A DNA stretch of 63,861 nucleotides, counting the filler, from Eubacteriales bacterium (GTDB lineage: Bacteria; Bacillota; Clostridia; Oscillospirales; CAG-382): assembly GCA_045636665.1 (NCBI GenBank). It is 10 parts of 10 records of this genome, joined end to end, with 100 filler letters (N's around TTAATTAATTAA, not from the genome) between each part and the next. Parts side by side here need not be neighbours in the genome. Positions count along the whole stretch, not along the records: positions 1 to 6,995 come from JAZTXY010000088.1; positions 7,096 to 18,052 come from JAZTXY010000091.1; 8 more parts are not named here. The stretch is one strand, 5' to 3'. The translations under genes and the position numbers were made by a program. The notes under the pieces were generated by a model. That model was not told the DNA's origin and did no database searches. It saw only the letters and a list, made by a program, of their open reading frames with translations. Positions 1 through 9,516 of this stretch are shown in pieces (position 1 is the stretch's first letter; each line of letters starts with the position of its first letter).

Positions 1-330
1 TATGTGGAAATAGCTTCCGTCGGGCTTGCGGTAATAGTGCATTACGTGACGGCGTACATCGGTCACACCGCGTAATCTGAGCTTGTTTTCGATATGCTCG
101 GTAACCTTTATTACGTTTTCGGCAATCCTTTGCGGTTCGGAAAACACCAAATGGTTGACGCGTTGGAAGATGTATTCCCTTTCGCCGTTTTCGACAAGCG
201 TTTGAGCGAGATAAGTATCGTTTATGTTTCCTCTGCCGATGCAGTCGATTTTATTTATCGTTCCCTGAAGGTGAAATTCCTTTATTATCGTTGCAAAAAG
301 CAAATTAAGTTCTGCGGTACTCAAGATCAT
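1..330 (-). CDS. Aminoglycoside-phosphotransferase-fold kinase, N-acetylhexosamine 1-kinase (NahK/MdsC)-like; 3' part outside window
   Basis: Hand translation, not in the ORF track: MILSTAELNLL...CIGRGNINDTYLAQ...YIFQRVNHLVFSEPQRIAENVIKVTEHI. GxGNINDTY and YxxQRxNxxVF are typical of this family. ATG overlaps the TGA of the upstream gene (ATGA). Confidence 0.75.
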   Translation of the reverse strand, partial: MILSTAELNLLFATIIKEFHLQGTINKIDCIGRGNINDTYLAQTLVENGEREYIFQRVNHLVFSEPQRIAENVIKVTEHIENKLRLRGVTDVRRHVMHYYRKPDGSYFHI

Positions 331-1076
331 TCAATCCAATCTATGAAATAATATTGTTCTTCGCGGTATTTTTTATCTGCCTTTTCCCACATTGCTTTGG
401 TTTGAACCAAATGGCATTCCGCCGAAAGAATATTTCCCACACGCAATTCATCACCGACAAGAAGGTCGGCAAGGCGGTAATAGCATTGAGCGACACCCTT
501 AAAGCCGTGTGCGCGGCAGGGCGCTTTGTAGGTATTGCCGTTCGCATCGGTAAAGGTATATTCGAAATCGCCGCCGTAGAGATAGCTCGGCTCGCTTAAT
601 TCCTCGACCGCGTGCATCGAGGTGTTGCAATTCATACCGCAGCCGATAAACAAAATTTTGCCGTTCAATTCCATAACGCGGCGGAAGGGTGAATTCGCTC
701 CGCAGGGGGTTTTATCCAAAATATGTCCCGAAGTGACAAATTCCGCGTTTTTGCCGATAGCGGCGCAAGAATGAGTCGGGTTCATACTGCGGATAACGCC
801 TTTAACCTCGGTACGGAAATATTCGGGCAGAGCGCCTACGTTGGATTTTGTTTCGTAATAATCGAAATTCGGTTTGTTGGGATTGCAGTTTTGATAGCTT
901 AAGGTCGGGAAAACAAGAGTTCCCTCCTCGCCCAACGCGTCGCGCAGGCCGTCGATAACGTCTAAAGGCGTTGCGCCGCCGAGCGATTTGAGCGACGAAT
1001 GGACCAAAAGCGTGTCGCCTTTATTTATTCCGAGCAATTTCGCGTGCTCGGATATTTTTTTTGCGGTTTCGGTCAT
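327..1076 (-). CDS. AAC(3)/YokD family N-acetyltransferase
   Basis: Motifs LLVHSSLKSLG, GTLVFPT, RSMNPTHS, GKILFIG..NTSMHAVE. Confidence 0.85.
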   Translation of the reverse strand: MTETAKKISEHAKLLGINKGDTLLVHSSLKSLGGATPLDVIDGLRDALGEEGTLVFPTLSYQNCNPNKPNFDYYETKSNVGALPEYFRTEVKGVIRSMNPTHSCAAIGKNAEFVTSGHILDKTPCGANSPFRRVMELNGKILFIGCGMNCNTSMHAVEELSEPSYLYGGDFEYTFTDANGNTYKAPCRAHGFKGVAQCYYRLADLLVGDELRVGNILSAECHLVQTKAMWEKADKKYREEQYYFIDWIE

Positions 1077-1078
1077 TT

Positions 1079-2917
1079 TTAATTACCTTCTTTTATAATT
1101 CTTACCTGCTTCGGTGAAAGCGTAAGTACGTTTTCAACGATTTCGTTTGACATCAAATCTCTGCCGTTTATGCCGTTTGCGGTATAGTCGTTATCCGACA
1201 TATTGGCAAGGATATGAAGCTTTTCCCTTCCGTTTGTGCGGACGATATATGCGACACCTTCGGACAGCACCCTTGCCGACAGCTTGGTCGATTTGAAAAG
1301 CGATTCGCCGTTGCGTACCGAATTGACCTTTTTGAAGAAGTCGATATTTTTATCGTCAAACGCGTACGATGGGAAGGTTCTGCGGTTGAAGGGGTCGTGA
1401 TAGCCCTCCATACCAAATTCGTCACCGTAATAAATGCAGGGCACTCCGGGTAGCGATGCAAGTAAAAGGTAGGCTTGGTTTAAAAGCTTTAATGCATAAG
1501 CCCTCTCGGATGCCGACATTTTGCGGTGCGCGAGAACTTCGTTATCCTCGCCCATATCCTCTGCTCCGCCCAAGACGGTGGAAATTCTTTCGGTATCGTG
1601 CGAGCCGAGGAAGTTCATAACGCTTGCCAATTTATGCGGAGGATAATTGCGATAAAGCGTGTTGACCGTTTCGACAAGAAAATCGGCATTGCCGTATTTA
1701 ACGAAATCGATCATCGCGTTGCGGATGGGATAATCGGTCACAGAATCGAGCTGACTTCCGCGGAAATAGCGTTTTCGCTCGTCATAGGCGATTTTGTTGG
1801 ACGCATCCTCCCAAACCTCGCCGATAATCAAAGCATCGCTCTTACAATCCTTTATCGCCTTGACGATTCTGTCGAGAAAATGCGATTCAAGCTCGTCGGC
1901 GACGTCAAGACGCCAGCCGTCGATACCCATTTGCATATATTTGGGTATTACCTGTTCGGTGATGAAACTGATATAGCTTTCGCATCTGACGGTGCGCGGA
2001 AGGTTTTTTATTCCCCACCAGCTTTCGTAGACGTTCGGAAATTCGTTGAAGGTGAACCATTCGTAATAGGGCGAATCCAATCCCTTGCTGCAAGCGCCTG
2101 TGCCGTATTTGTTATAGGCATCGAAATAGATGCTGTCGTTACCGACGTGGTTGAAAACGCCGTCGAGTATGACCTTAATATCCATTTTATGCGCCTGTTC
2201 GATAAGATGCGACAGCGCTTTGTCACCGCCGAAGCTTTTATCGACCGATAAAAAATCGGCAGTGTCGTATTTGTGGTTTGAATATGCTTCGAAAATGGGG
2301 TTTAAATAAATACAGCCGACACCCAATTCCTTTAAATAAGGAAGCTTATTTGCAACACCGTAAAGCGTACCGCCGAAATGGGTGTTGTTGGGGAAGGAAT
2401 CACCGCGTAGTAACGGATATTCGGGGATGCCGTTTTCCCAATCCTCGTTATAAACGGCGTCTTCCCTTCTTGTTGCATTTTCGCTCTTTGCGAAGCGGTC
2501 GGGGAAAATTTGATACATAACACGACCGTTAAGCCATTCGGGGGTGGCATATTTTTCGTCGTAAATTAAAATTTGCGTTTCGTTGACGAATCGCGTTTCG
2601 GCATAGCAATTGTTCGATTCGTCAAACGCGGTGTAATAGCGCGTTCCGTTTGCGATAAATTCGAAATGGCAGAAATAAAGTCCGTCATCGGTCGGAAAAT
2701 CGTTTTCCGTCAGCAAAACGGCGCAAGAAAAGGAGGAAGCTTGATTTGTTACTTCAACCTCCCTTTGAATAAAAACGCGTTCGTCATTGCCGAGGTAAAA
2801 CCAAGCGTTTTGGCACTGTATATCGGCAGAAAGCGTTATTGATATTTCGCTCCCCTTCGGAAACGTTTGGTTGCCCGAAGGGGAGTTTTTTGACGTGATT
2901 TTGAAATTCAGATTCAT
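1079..2917 (-). CDS. GH13 alpha-glucan hydrolase (neopullulanase/cyclomaltodextrinase/amylopullulanase-like)
   Basis: YQIFPDRF, NHKYDTAD, DGVFNH, DGWRLDVADE, GEVWE, SHDTER, IYYGDE, DPFNRR. Confidence 0.92.
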   Translation of the reverse strand: MNLNFKITSKNSPSGNQTFPKGSEISITLSADIQCQNAWFYLGNDERVFIQREVEVTNQASSFSCAVLLTENDFPTDDGLYFCHFEFIANGTRYYTAFDESNNCYAETRFVNETQILIYDEKYATPEWLNGRVMYQIFPDRFAKSENATRREDAVYNEDWENGIPEYPLLRGDSFPNNTHFGGTLYGVANKLPYLKELGVGCIYLNPIFEAYSNHKYDTADFLSVDKSFGGDKALSHLIEQAHKMDIKVILDGVFNHVGNDSIYFDAYNKYGTGACSKGLDSPYYEWFTFNEFPNVYESWWGIKNLPRTVRCESYISFITEQVIPKYMQMGIDGWRLDVADELESHFLDRIVKAIKDCKSDALIIGEVWEDASNKIAYDERKRYFRGSQLDSVTDYPIRNAMIDFVKYGNADFLVETVNTLYRNYPPHKLASVMNFLGSHDTERISTVLGGAEDMGEDNEVLAHRKMSASERAYALKLLNQAYLLLASLPGVPCIYYGDEFGMEGYHDPFNRRTFPSYAFDDKNIDFFKKVNSVRNGESLFKSTKLSARVLSEGVAYIVRTNGREKLHILANMSDNDYTANGINGRDLMSNEIVENVLTLSPKQVRIIKEGN

Positions 2918-5346
2918 TTATCAGTTTTAACCGGCTTGATATTCCAGATGTTTTCGGCATAGTCGCGAATCGAACGGTCTGCGGCGAAGAAGCCCGAATT
3001 TGCAATGTTTGCAAGAGCCTTCTTGTTCCACGTTGTTCGGTCGCTGTAATCGGCATAGACCTGCTTGCGCGCTTCCTGATAAAAATCGAAATCGGCAAGG
3101 CACATAAACGGGTCGCTCACGCCGAAGGAATAAAGCAGATAGTTTGCGATGTCGGCAAAGCTTCTGCCGTTAAATCCGGTTTGCAGATAGTCGACCGCCG
3201 CCTTAAGCTCGGGGTTGCGGTTATAATAATAGGAAGAAGCATAGCCCTTATCCCAAAGCTCTTGTACCTCGGGTGCGGTGTGACCGAAGATATAAATGTT
3301 ATCTCTGCCGACCTGCTCTGCCATTTCGACGTTTGCGCCGTCGAGAGTACCCAAGGTCAACGCGCCGTTTATCATAAACTTCATATTGCCCGTGCCCGAC
3401 GCTTCCTTACCTGCAAGCGATATTTGTTCGCTGATTTCCGCAGAGGGCATAAGGTGCTCGGCAAGGGTGACGTTGTAGTTTTCGAGGAATACAACGCGCA
3501 GCTTTTGACGGAGCACGGGGTCCTTTTCGACGTCAGCCGCGATATAGCAGATAAGACGGATGATATCCTTTGCGGTGTAATAGCCGGGCGCCGCCTTTGC
3601 GGCAAAGATGAAGGTTGTGGGCGTTACGTCGGCATTGGGGTTTTCCTTTAATTTAAGGTAGACCGTGATGATGTTAAGCGCGTTTAAGAGCTGACGCTTA
3701 TATTCGTGCAGACGCTTTGCCTGAACGTCGAAAACGGTATTGGGGTCGATGACGATTCCCTTTGTTTGCTTGATATAGTTTGCGAAATCGACCTTGTTTT
3801 GCTTCTTTATCGCATCGAGCTGAGAAAGCACCGACGAATCGTTTTGATATTGCATAAAGTCGGTCAATTTACTTGCATCTTTGCGGTAATCGGTTCCGAT
3901 GGTTTCGTCCAAAAGCTTTGCAAGCTTGGGGTTAGAATAGCAAAGCCATTTTCTGTGCGCGATACCGTTGGTTACGTTGGTGAAGCGTTCGGGATACATA
4001 TCGTTATAATCCTTGAAAACGCTTTCCTTTAATATATCCGAGTGCAAACGCGAAACGCCGTTGACGGTATGCGAGCCGACAACCGAAAGGTTTGCCATAC
4101 GCACACTGCCCTTGTTGAGTATCGACATACGCGAAACCTTATCCCAATCGCCCATATAAGCATTCCAAGCGTCCGCGCAGAAGCGACGGTTGATTTCCTT
4201 GATGATCGAATGGATTCTCGGAAGTCTGAGCGCAAAGAGATTTTCGTTCCAGCATTCAAGCGCTTCGGGAAGCACTGTGTGGTTGGTGTAGGAAATTGTA
4301 CGGGTTACGATGTCCCAAGCACGTTCCCACGAAACGTGGTGGTCATCGACAAGGATTCTCATCAATTCGGGGATACAGAGCGCAGGGTGGGTATCGTTGA
4401 TATGGATAGCCACCTTGTCGGGAAGGTTATCGAGCGATTTGAAGCGGAAAAGATGACGCCAAACGATATTTTGGAGCGATGCCGAAACGAGGAAATATTG
4501 CTGAGTAAGACGGAGCAATTTACCCTCGTAATGATTATCCGCGGGATAAAGCACCTTGGAAATGGTTTCGGCGATGGCGTTATCCTCGACCGCCTTAAGA
4601 TATTGTCCCTGCGAGAAGGCTTCCATATTGAAGTTGTTAATATCTCTTGCCTTCCAGAGTCTTAAGGTGTTGACGGCTTTTCCGTTGCCGCCCGAAATGA
4701 GGAGGTCATAGGGGACTGCTTCGACCTCGTCGTAATCCTCATAGATTATTTCGCAATGCGATTCCTTCCATTCCTCGCGGATTCTGCCGCCGAAGCGCAC
4801 CTTGCAGGCGCGGTCGTGACGGGGAACGAGCCAGTTTTGACCGTCGGGAAGCCAGATATCGGGAAGCTCGAGCTGTTCGCCCTCTACCAAGCGTTGCTTG
4901 AAAAGTCCGTATTCATAAAGAATACAGTAGCCTCTTGCAGGATAGTCCTGACTTGTGAGCGCGTCCATAAAGCAGCTTGCGAGTCTGCCAAGACCGCCGT
5001 TACCAAGACCGGGGTCGGTTTCGCATTCGTAAACGTCTTCGAGCTTAAAGCCCATTTTTTTAAGAACCTTGCGGTATTCATCCTCGAGTCCGAGGTTGCA
5101 GAGGTTCATTTTCAAGGATCTGCCGATGAGAAATTCCATACACATATAGTAGACCTGCTTTGCTTCGGTCTTTACTACCTCATCGGTAAATTCCTTGTTT
5201 CTCGTTGCGAGAACGTCGCGCACGGACAATACCGTGGCGTTGTAGATTTGGTTAAGGTCAGCGTCGCCTTCACTTATTCCGTAATAGCGCGAGAGCTTTT
5301 GATTAAGTGCCTCGCGGATTTCGTTCGCGACAGTTTTGCTTGCCAT
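2914..5346 (-). CDS. glgP: Glycogen/starch phosphorylase
   Basis: GLGNGGLGRLASCF, INDTHP, KRLHEYKRQLLN, PLP motif EASGTGNMKF; 810 aa. Confidence 0.97.
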   Translation of the reverse strand: MASKTVANEIREALNQKLSRYYGISEGDADLNQIYNATVLSVRDVLATRNKEFTDEVVKTEAKQVYYMCMEFLIGRSLKMNLCNLGLEDEYRKVLKKMGFKLEDVYECETDPGLGNGGLGRLASCFMDALTSQDYPARGYCILYEYGLFKQRLVEGEQLELPDIWLPDGQNWLVPRHDRACKVRFGGRIREEWKESHCEIIYEDYDEVEAVPYDLLISGGNGKAVNTLRLWKARDINNFNMEAFSQGQYLKAVEDNAIAETISKVLYPADNHYEGKLLRLTQQYFLVSASLQNIVWRHLFRFKSLDNLPDKVAIHINDTHPALCIPELMRILVDDHHVSWERAWDIVTRTISYTNHTVLPEALECWNENLFALRLPRIHSIIKEINRRFCADAWNAYMGDWDKVSRMSILNKGSVRMANLSVVGSHTVNGVSRLHSDILKESVFKDYNDMYPERFTNVTNGIAHRKWLCYSNPKLAKLLDETIGTDYRKDASKLTDFMQYQNDSSVLSQLDAIKKQNKVDFANYIKQTKGIVIDPNTVFDVQAKRLHEYKRQLLNALNIITVYLKLKENPNADVTPTTFIFAAKAAPGYYTAKDIIRLICYIAADVEKDPVLRQKLRVVFLENYNVTLAEHLMPSAEISEQISLAGKEASGTGNMKFMINGALTLGTLDGANVEMAEQVGRDNIYIFGHTAPEVQELWDKGYASSYYYNRNPELKAAVDYLQTGFNGRSFADIANYLLYSFGVSDPFMCLADFDFYQEARKQVYADYSDRTTWNKKALANIANSGFFAADRSIRDYAENIWNIKPVKTDK

Positions 5347-5370
5347 GCAGTTAGTTTCCTTTTATATTCG

Positions 5371-6795
5371 TTAAAATTGATTGTAAAGTTCTTTATAGGA
5401 GATTGCGCTTTGCTTCCAAGAGAAGTCGACGCGCATAACCTTTTTTTGAAGCTTGTTGAAGCCTTCGCGGTCGTTTTTGAACAAATCGATAGCGCGGTTT
5501 ACCGAGCCGAGCATTTCATAAGCGCTGTATGCCGCAAAGGTAAAGCCGTTGCCGCCGCCTTCGCAACCGATATCCTTGATGCTGTCGTAAAGACCGCCGG
5601 TTTCGTGGATGACGGGAATCGCGCCGTAGCGTGAGCATATCATTTGCGCAAGACCGCAGGGCTCGCTTCTTGAAGGCATCAAGAAGACGTCTGCCGCAGA
5701 ATAGATGCGCTTTGAAAGGTCACGGTTATAGGTGATAAGCGTTTTGCACTTTTCGGGGAAACGCGCGGCGAGATTTTCGAAATAAGACTCATAGCTCTTA
5801 TCGCCCATACCCAAAACGACAAGCTGAACGTCATCGCGCAGTAAATCGTCACCTGCAAGCACGACAAGGTCGAGTCCCTTGTGACTTACAAGGCGCGAAA
5901 TTACGGCGATAAGCGGAACGTCGCGTTCGGGCAGACCGAGCATTCTTTGAAGTCCCGATTTGCAGATTGCCTTGCCATCGGTATTGCGCGAATTGAAGTT
6001 GGCGAATATTTCGGTATCCTTACTTGGGTTGTAATAATCCTTATCGATGCCGTTTAAAATGCCCGAAAGCTTAAACGAGAACATATTGAGCACGTTATCG
6101 AGCCCGTGCGAGAATTTGGGAGTCAAAATTTCCTTTGCGTAGGTGGGGCTTACGGTCGTCACCTTATCGGCGCAGACGATAGCGCCCTTTAACAGATTTA
6201 TACAGCCGTCGTATTCGACTATTTCCTTATCAGATTCCATAAGTCCGAATACGTCGCCGAGGATGGCGAAATCGTAAATGCCTTGGTATTGGATATTGTG
6301 GATGGTGAAAACGGCTTTTGTGTTCGCAAAGCGTTCATCGATTTTTGCATAGCATTGCTTTAAATAGATAACGCTTAAAGCGGCGTGCCAATCGTGCGCG
6401 TGAAGAATATCGGGTATAAAATCAATATCGGGCAAAATTTCCATCGCCGCGCGACAGAAGAACGCAAATCTTTCGGCATCGTCAAATTCGCCGTAAAGAG
6501 CCGCGCGCTTGAAATAAAATTCGTTATCAAGGAAATAATAGGTCACGCCCTTTTGCTTGTACTCGAAAATGCCGCAATATTGGTTACGCCACGAAAGCTT
6601 GACGGTTTTCGAGCCGATAAACTTCATCTTTTTGCGGTATTTTTCGGTCACTTGGGCATAAAGCGGCAATATTACGCGGATATCGTCCTCCTTTTGCTCG
6701 GAAAGAGCCGTAGGTAACGAGCCGATAACATCACCAAGTCCGCCCGAGGATGCAAAGGGCAATGCCTCACCTGCTATATAAAGTATTTTTTTCAT
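5371..6795 (-). CDS. glgA: Glycogen synthase
   Basis: GGLGDV, HAHDWH, FTIHN, NGID, PSRSEPCGLAQM, TGGLYDS. Confidence 0.96.
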   Translation of the reverse strand: MKKILYIAGEALPFASSGGLGDVIGSLPTALSEQKEDDIRVILPLYAQVTEKYRKKMKFIGSKTVKLSWRNQYCGIFEYKQKGVTYYFLDNEFYFKRAALYGEFDDAERFAFFCRAAMEILPDIDFIPDILHAHDWHAALSVIYLKQCYAKIDERFANTKAVFTIHNIQYQGIYDFAILGDVFGLMESDKEIVEYDGCINLLKGAIVCADKVTTVSPTYAKEILTPKFSHGLDNVLNMFSFKLSGILNGIDKDYYNPSKDTEIFANFNSRNTDGKAICKSGLQRMLGLPERDVPLIAVISRLVSHKGLDLVVLAGDDLLRDDVQLVVLGMGDKSYESYFENLAARFPEKCKTLITYNRDLSKRIYSAADVFLMPSRSEPCGLAQMICSRYGAIPVIHETGGLYDSIKDIGCEGGGNGFTFAAYSAYEMLGSVNRAIDLFKNDREGFNKLQKKVMRVDFSWKQSAISYKELYNQF

Positions 6796-6810
6796 AATTG
6801 TTATTCCTAT

Positions 6811-6908
6811 TTCTTAAAAATTAGTTCCGATTTTCTTTAAAATCAGTTCCGAGAGAAAAACTTTTTGGAAAAAGCTTTTCTCTCGGGCTCTCTTTTCAAA
6901 AACTTTTC
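6811..6908. repeat. REP-like palindrome with adjacent 20-bp tandem duplication in the glgA 5' region
   Basis: Inverted repeat CCGAGAGAAAAACTTTTT-GG-AAAAAGCTTTTCTCTCGG (6849-6886). Imperfect direct repeat TTCTTAAAAATTAGTTCCGA (6811-6830) / TTCTTTAAAATCAGTTCCGA (6833-6852). Confidence 0.55.
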
Positions 6909-6995
6909 AAACAAATAAAATCAAAAACAAAATACGAAGTATTTTTATAATAAAACCCCATAAAAATCCGCGACATGCGCGTGGATTTTTATACC

Positions 6996-7095
6996 NNNNN
7001 NNNNNNNNNNNNNNNNNNNNNNNNNNNNNNNNNNNNNNNTTAATTAATTAANNNNNNNNNNNNNNNNNNNNNNNNNNNNNNNNNNNNNNNNNNNN
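6996..7095. other. Artificial contig linker (N-run with TTAATTAATTAA); eight more copies at 18053, 24752, 34129, 37300, 41406, 52851, 55309, 60628
   Basis: Identical 100-nt N44-TTAATTAATTAA-N44 blocks with stops in all six frames; flanking genes are truncated. Confidence 0.99.
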
Positions 7096-7097
7096 CG

Positions 7098-9443
7098 CCC
7101 GAATTTGGAGAAAAAACGGGAACCGGCGGTCAAGGTGCGGAATTTACTGTTGCATCGGACGAAAAGATTATCGCTGTCGGCAATAAAAATTCGGATATCC
7201 CTTCCGACGGTTTTGTTTTGAGCTTCGGACCTGCAAAGGCAAATCAGCTTCCCGAAATCAGTGTAGGCGATTACGTTTATTTCGATAAGGATTATAACTG
7301 CGTAACTGTTGTTTCGGAAAACTATTCTCCTTTTGGCGAAAGCGTTCTTGCTTACGATGCAATCAATGCAACGCGCGCCGAAAATAAGCTCATCATTTAC
7401 CGCGGCAGAGAAGAAACCAAAACAAACACTTGGGGAGTTGAAGCGGTTGTTGATGCGAACGGAATCATCGTTTCAGTCGGCGGAAACAACAATAAAATTC
7501 CTCAAGGCGGTTTTGTTATATCGGGCGTAGGCAACAAAAAACAACCGATAACCGATTCTTGTGTGTTGGGCTATTCCGCGATTCTTGATGAAAAAGCAAA
7601 AACCATAACCGTTTCCTACACAAAAGAAAACGCATACAACAGCTACGAGCTCAAATGGAAGGAATTTGAATCCCAAATCAATTCGGCTACCTTGAGCTTT
7701 GCGGATATCGACTATAAAATGGTCGATGAATCTGCTAAAAAGCTTAAATCGATTTTACAAACAATCAAGAGCAATCTTGAAAATGATAAGGTGCACGACT
7801 TTATAAGAAACGGATATCTTTTTGATATCGAAGCTGAAAACCTTAAAACTGCGCTTGTGCCTTATATTCCGGTTGAAACAAGAACCGTTTGGCTTCGTAT
7901 TCCCACAAACGCAAGTGCTTCTACAGTTAAAAAGACGGTAAACGATATTTATGAAATGGGCTTTAACTCGGTTTGTATTGAGGTTCTTTTTGATTCTACA
8001 ATGATAATGCCGATGCCTGAAGACAGCTTGTTCGAACAAAATCCCGTCTTTAAAGGGCAAGATATGCTTAAGCTCTATACCGATGAATTTCACGCGGTCG
8101 GTATTGAGGTTCACGCTTGGGTATCTTGCTACAGAGTCGGACATGACGGCTCGGCAAACGTAGGCGTTTCGGTTGGCAAGAAAAAGCCCGAATGGTTGAA
8201 TATCGACCAAAACGGAAAAGAATCGGTAACAAACGAATACGGAAATGCGTTTTTTCTTAACCCCGCACTTCCCGAGGTACAGGAATTTTTGTTAAAAACC
8301 TATCGCTATATCCTTGAAAATTATGAAATTGACGGATTCCAGCTTGATTACGTTCGTTATCCCGAAAACTCTACGGTGAACTACGGATACGACGAATATA
8401 CAAAAGCGCAGTTCAAAGAAAAATACGGTATCGAAAAAGTTCCCACAAGCTCATCACAAGCGGGTTGGTCGGATTGGTGTGAATTCCGAGCTTCCTTTGT
8501 TACCGACCTCGTAAGAAAAACGGGAGAGCTTATTAAAGAAATCCGTCCCGACGTTCTTTTCTCTTGTGACGTAGCGCCCGGATACGAATCGACCAAGACC
8601 AAAATGTGCCAAGATACCGAAACTTGGCTTAAGGAAGGCCTTGTCGACGTAATATATCCTATGGCATACGGAACGACAGATGCGGTAATCAAGTGGACCG
8701 ATAATACAGTTGACCTTTCGGGCGACGGCATTCAAACCGTAATCGGACTTCGCGATAACGGTCCTGAAACTTACCGTGAACAAATTATCGCCGCGCGTAA
8801 ATGCGGCGCTGACGGAACAGCGTTTTTCTCGTACAGTCAATACGTTAGCGGAAGCTATAAGGAATACATCAAAAATTCGGTATTTTCAAAAGAAGCTATT
8901 TGTCCGTCTTATAATGCAAAGGCGGCTGTAATTGCACAGCTTGACCATATTAAAGATACAATCGTTTCGAGAATCTCAAGCGTTGCGAAAACCGAAGCTT
9001 CTTCTGCCGACGTTGATGCGCTTAAGGTGTATGCCGAAAAGCTCGGCGCGTTCACAAAGCAGCTTGCCGATAAAAAACTTTCGGAAGTTGAAAACGAATT
9101 GAACGGTCTTGTTGCAGAGGGAAACACGCTTGCGGAAAAATACGTTTCCGAAACCGATATCGTATCTGATAATATCAGCAAATATCTTTTGTCTTCTCTT
9201 AAAATCGCCGAAAAAGCGGCTATTAATTCCTTGGATGATGAAAAGAATTCATACAAAGAATCATTAAAGCCCGAAACAAATGATTCGTCCGAGATTACCG
9301 ACGAAAGTGTTTCTACCGATGAGAGCGATGGTGTTGAAGACACATCTTCCACCGTTATAACGGTAGTTTCCGTTGCGGCAGTCGTTGTTTTGCTTGGGGT
9401 TTTGGTGTTTTTCTTGCTCAAAAGCAGAAAAAACAAGACCTGA
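7098..9443 (+). CDS. Membrane-anchored glycoside hydrolase-like family 10 (GHL10/DUF187) protein, 5'-truncated
   Basis: Frame is open to the contig edge. ETRTVW, EVHAW, FLNPALPEVQ, IDGFQLDYVRYP, WxxFR, VIYPMAY; C-terminal TM helix plus KSRKNKT tail. Confidence 0.8.
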   Translation, partial: PEFGEKTGTGGQGAEFTVASDEKIIAVGNKNSDIPSDGFVLSFGPAKANQLPEISVGDYVYFDKDYNCVTVVSENYSPFGESVLAYDAINATRAENKLIIYRGREETKTNTWGVEAVVDANGIIVSVGGNNNKIPQGGFVISGVGNKKQPITDSCVLGYSAILDEKAKTITVSYTKENAYNSYELKWKEFESQINSATLSFADIDYKMVDESAKKLKSILQTIKSNLENDKVHDFIRNGYLFDIEAENLKTALVPYIPVETRTVWLRIPTNASASTVKKTVNDIYEMGFNSVCIEVLFDSTMIMPMPEDSLFEQNPVFKGQDMLKLYTDEFHAVGIEVHAWVSCYRVGHDGSANVGVSVGKKKPEWLNIDQNGKESVTNEYGNAFFLNPALPEVQEFLLKTYRYILENYEIDGFQLDYVRYPENSTVNYGYDEYTKAQFKEKYGIEKVPTSSSQAGWSDWCEFRASFVTDLVRKTGELIKEIRPDVLFSCDVAPGYESTKTKMCQDTETWLKEGLVDVIYPMAYGTTDAVIKWTDNTVDLSGDGIQTVIGLRDNGPETYREQIIAARKCGADGTAFFSYSQYVSGSYKEYIKNSVFSKEAICPSYNAKAAVIAQLDHIKDTIVSRISSVAKTEASSADVDALKVYAEKLGAFTKQLADKKLSEVENELNGLVAEGNTLAEKYVSETDIVSDNISKYLLSSLKIAEKAAINSLDDEKNSYKESLKPETNDSSEITDESVSTDESDGVEDTSSTVITVVSVAAVVVLLGVLVFFLLKSRKNKT

Positions 9444-9470
9444 AATTGAATTGACAAAAAACAAATAAAA

Positions 9471-9511
9471 AAGGATCCGAGAGGGAAGTAACTCTCGGAT
9501 CTTTCGTTTTT
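9471..9511. terminator. Bidirectional intrinsic terminator between the GHL10 gene and murQ
   Basis: AAGGATCCGAGAG-loop-CTCTCGGATCTTT flanked by A/T tracts. Confidence 0.8.
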
Positions 9512-9516
9512 AGGAA

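Noticed and set aside
327..1076. AAC(3) as a proven aminoglycoside-resistance gene
   Set aside because: Family membership alone does not show resistance; the context is housekeeping and non-mobile.
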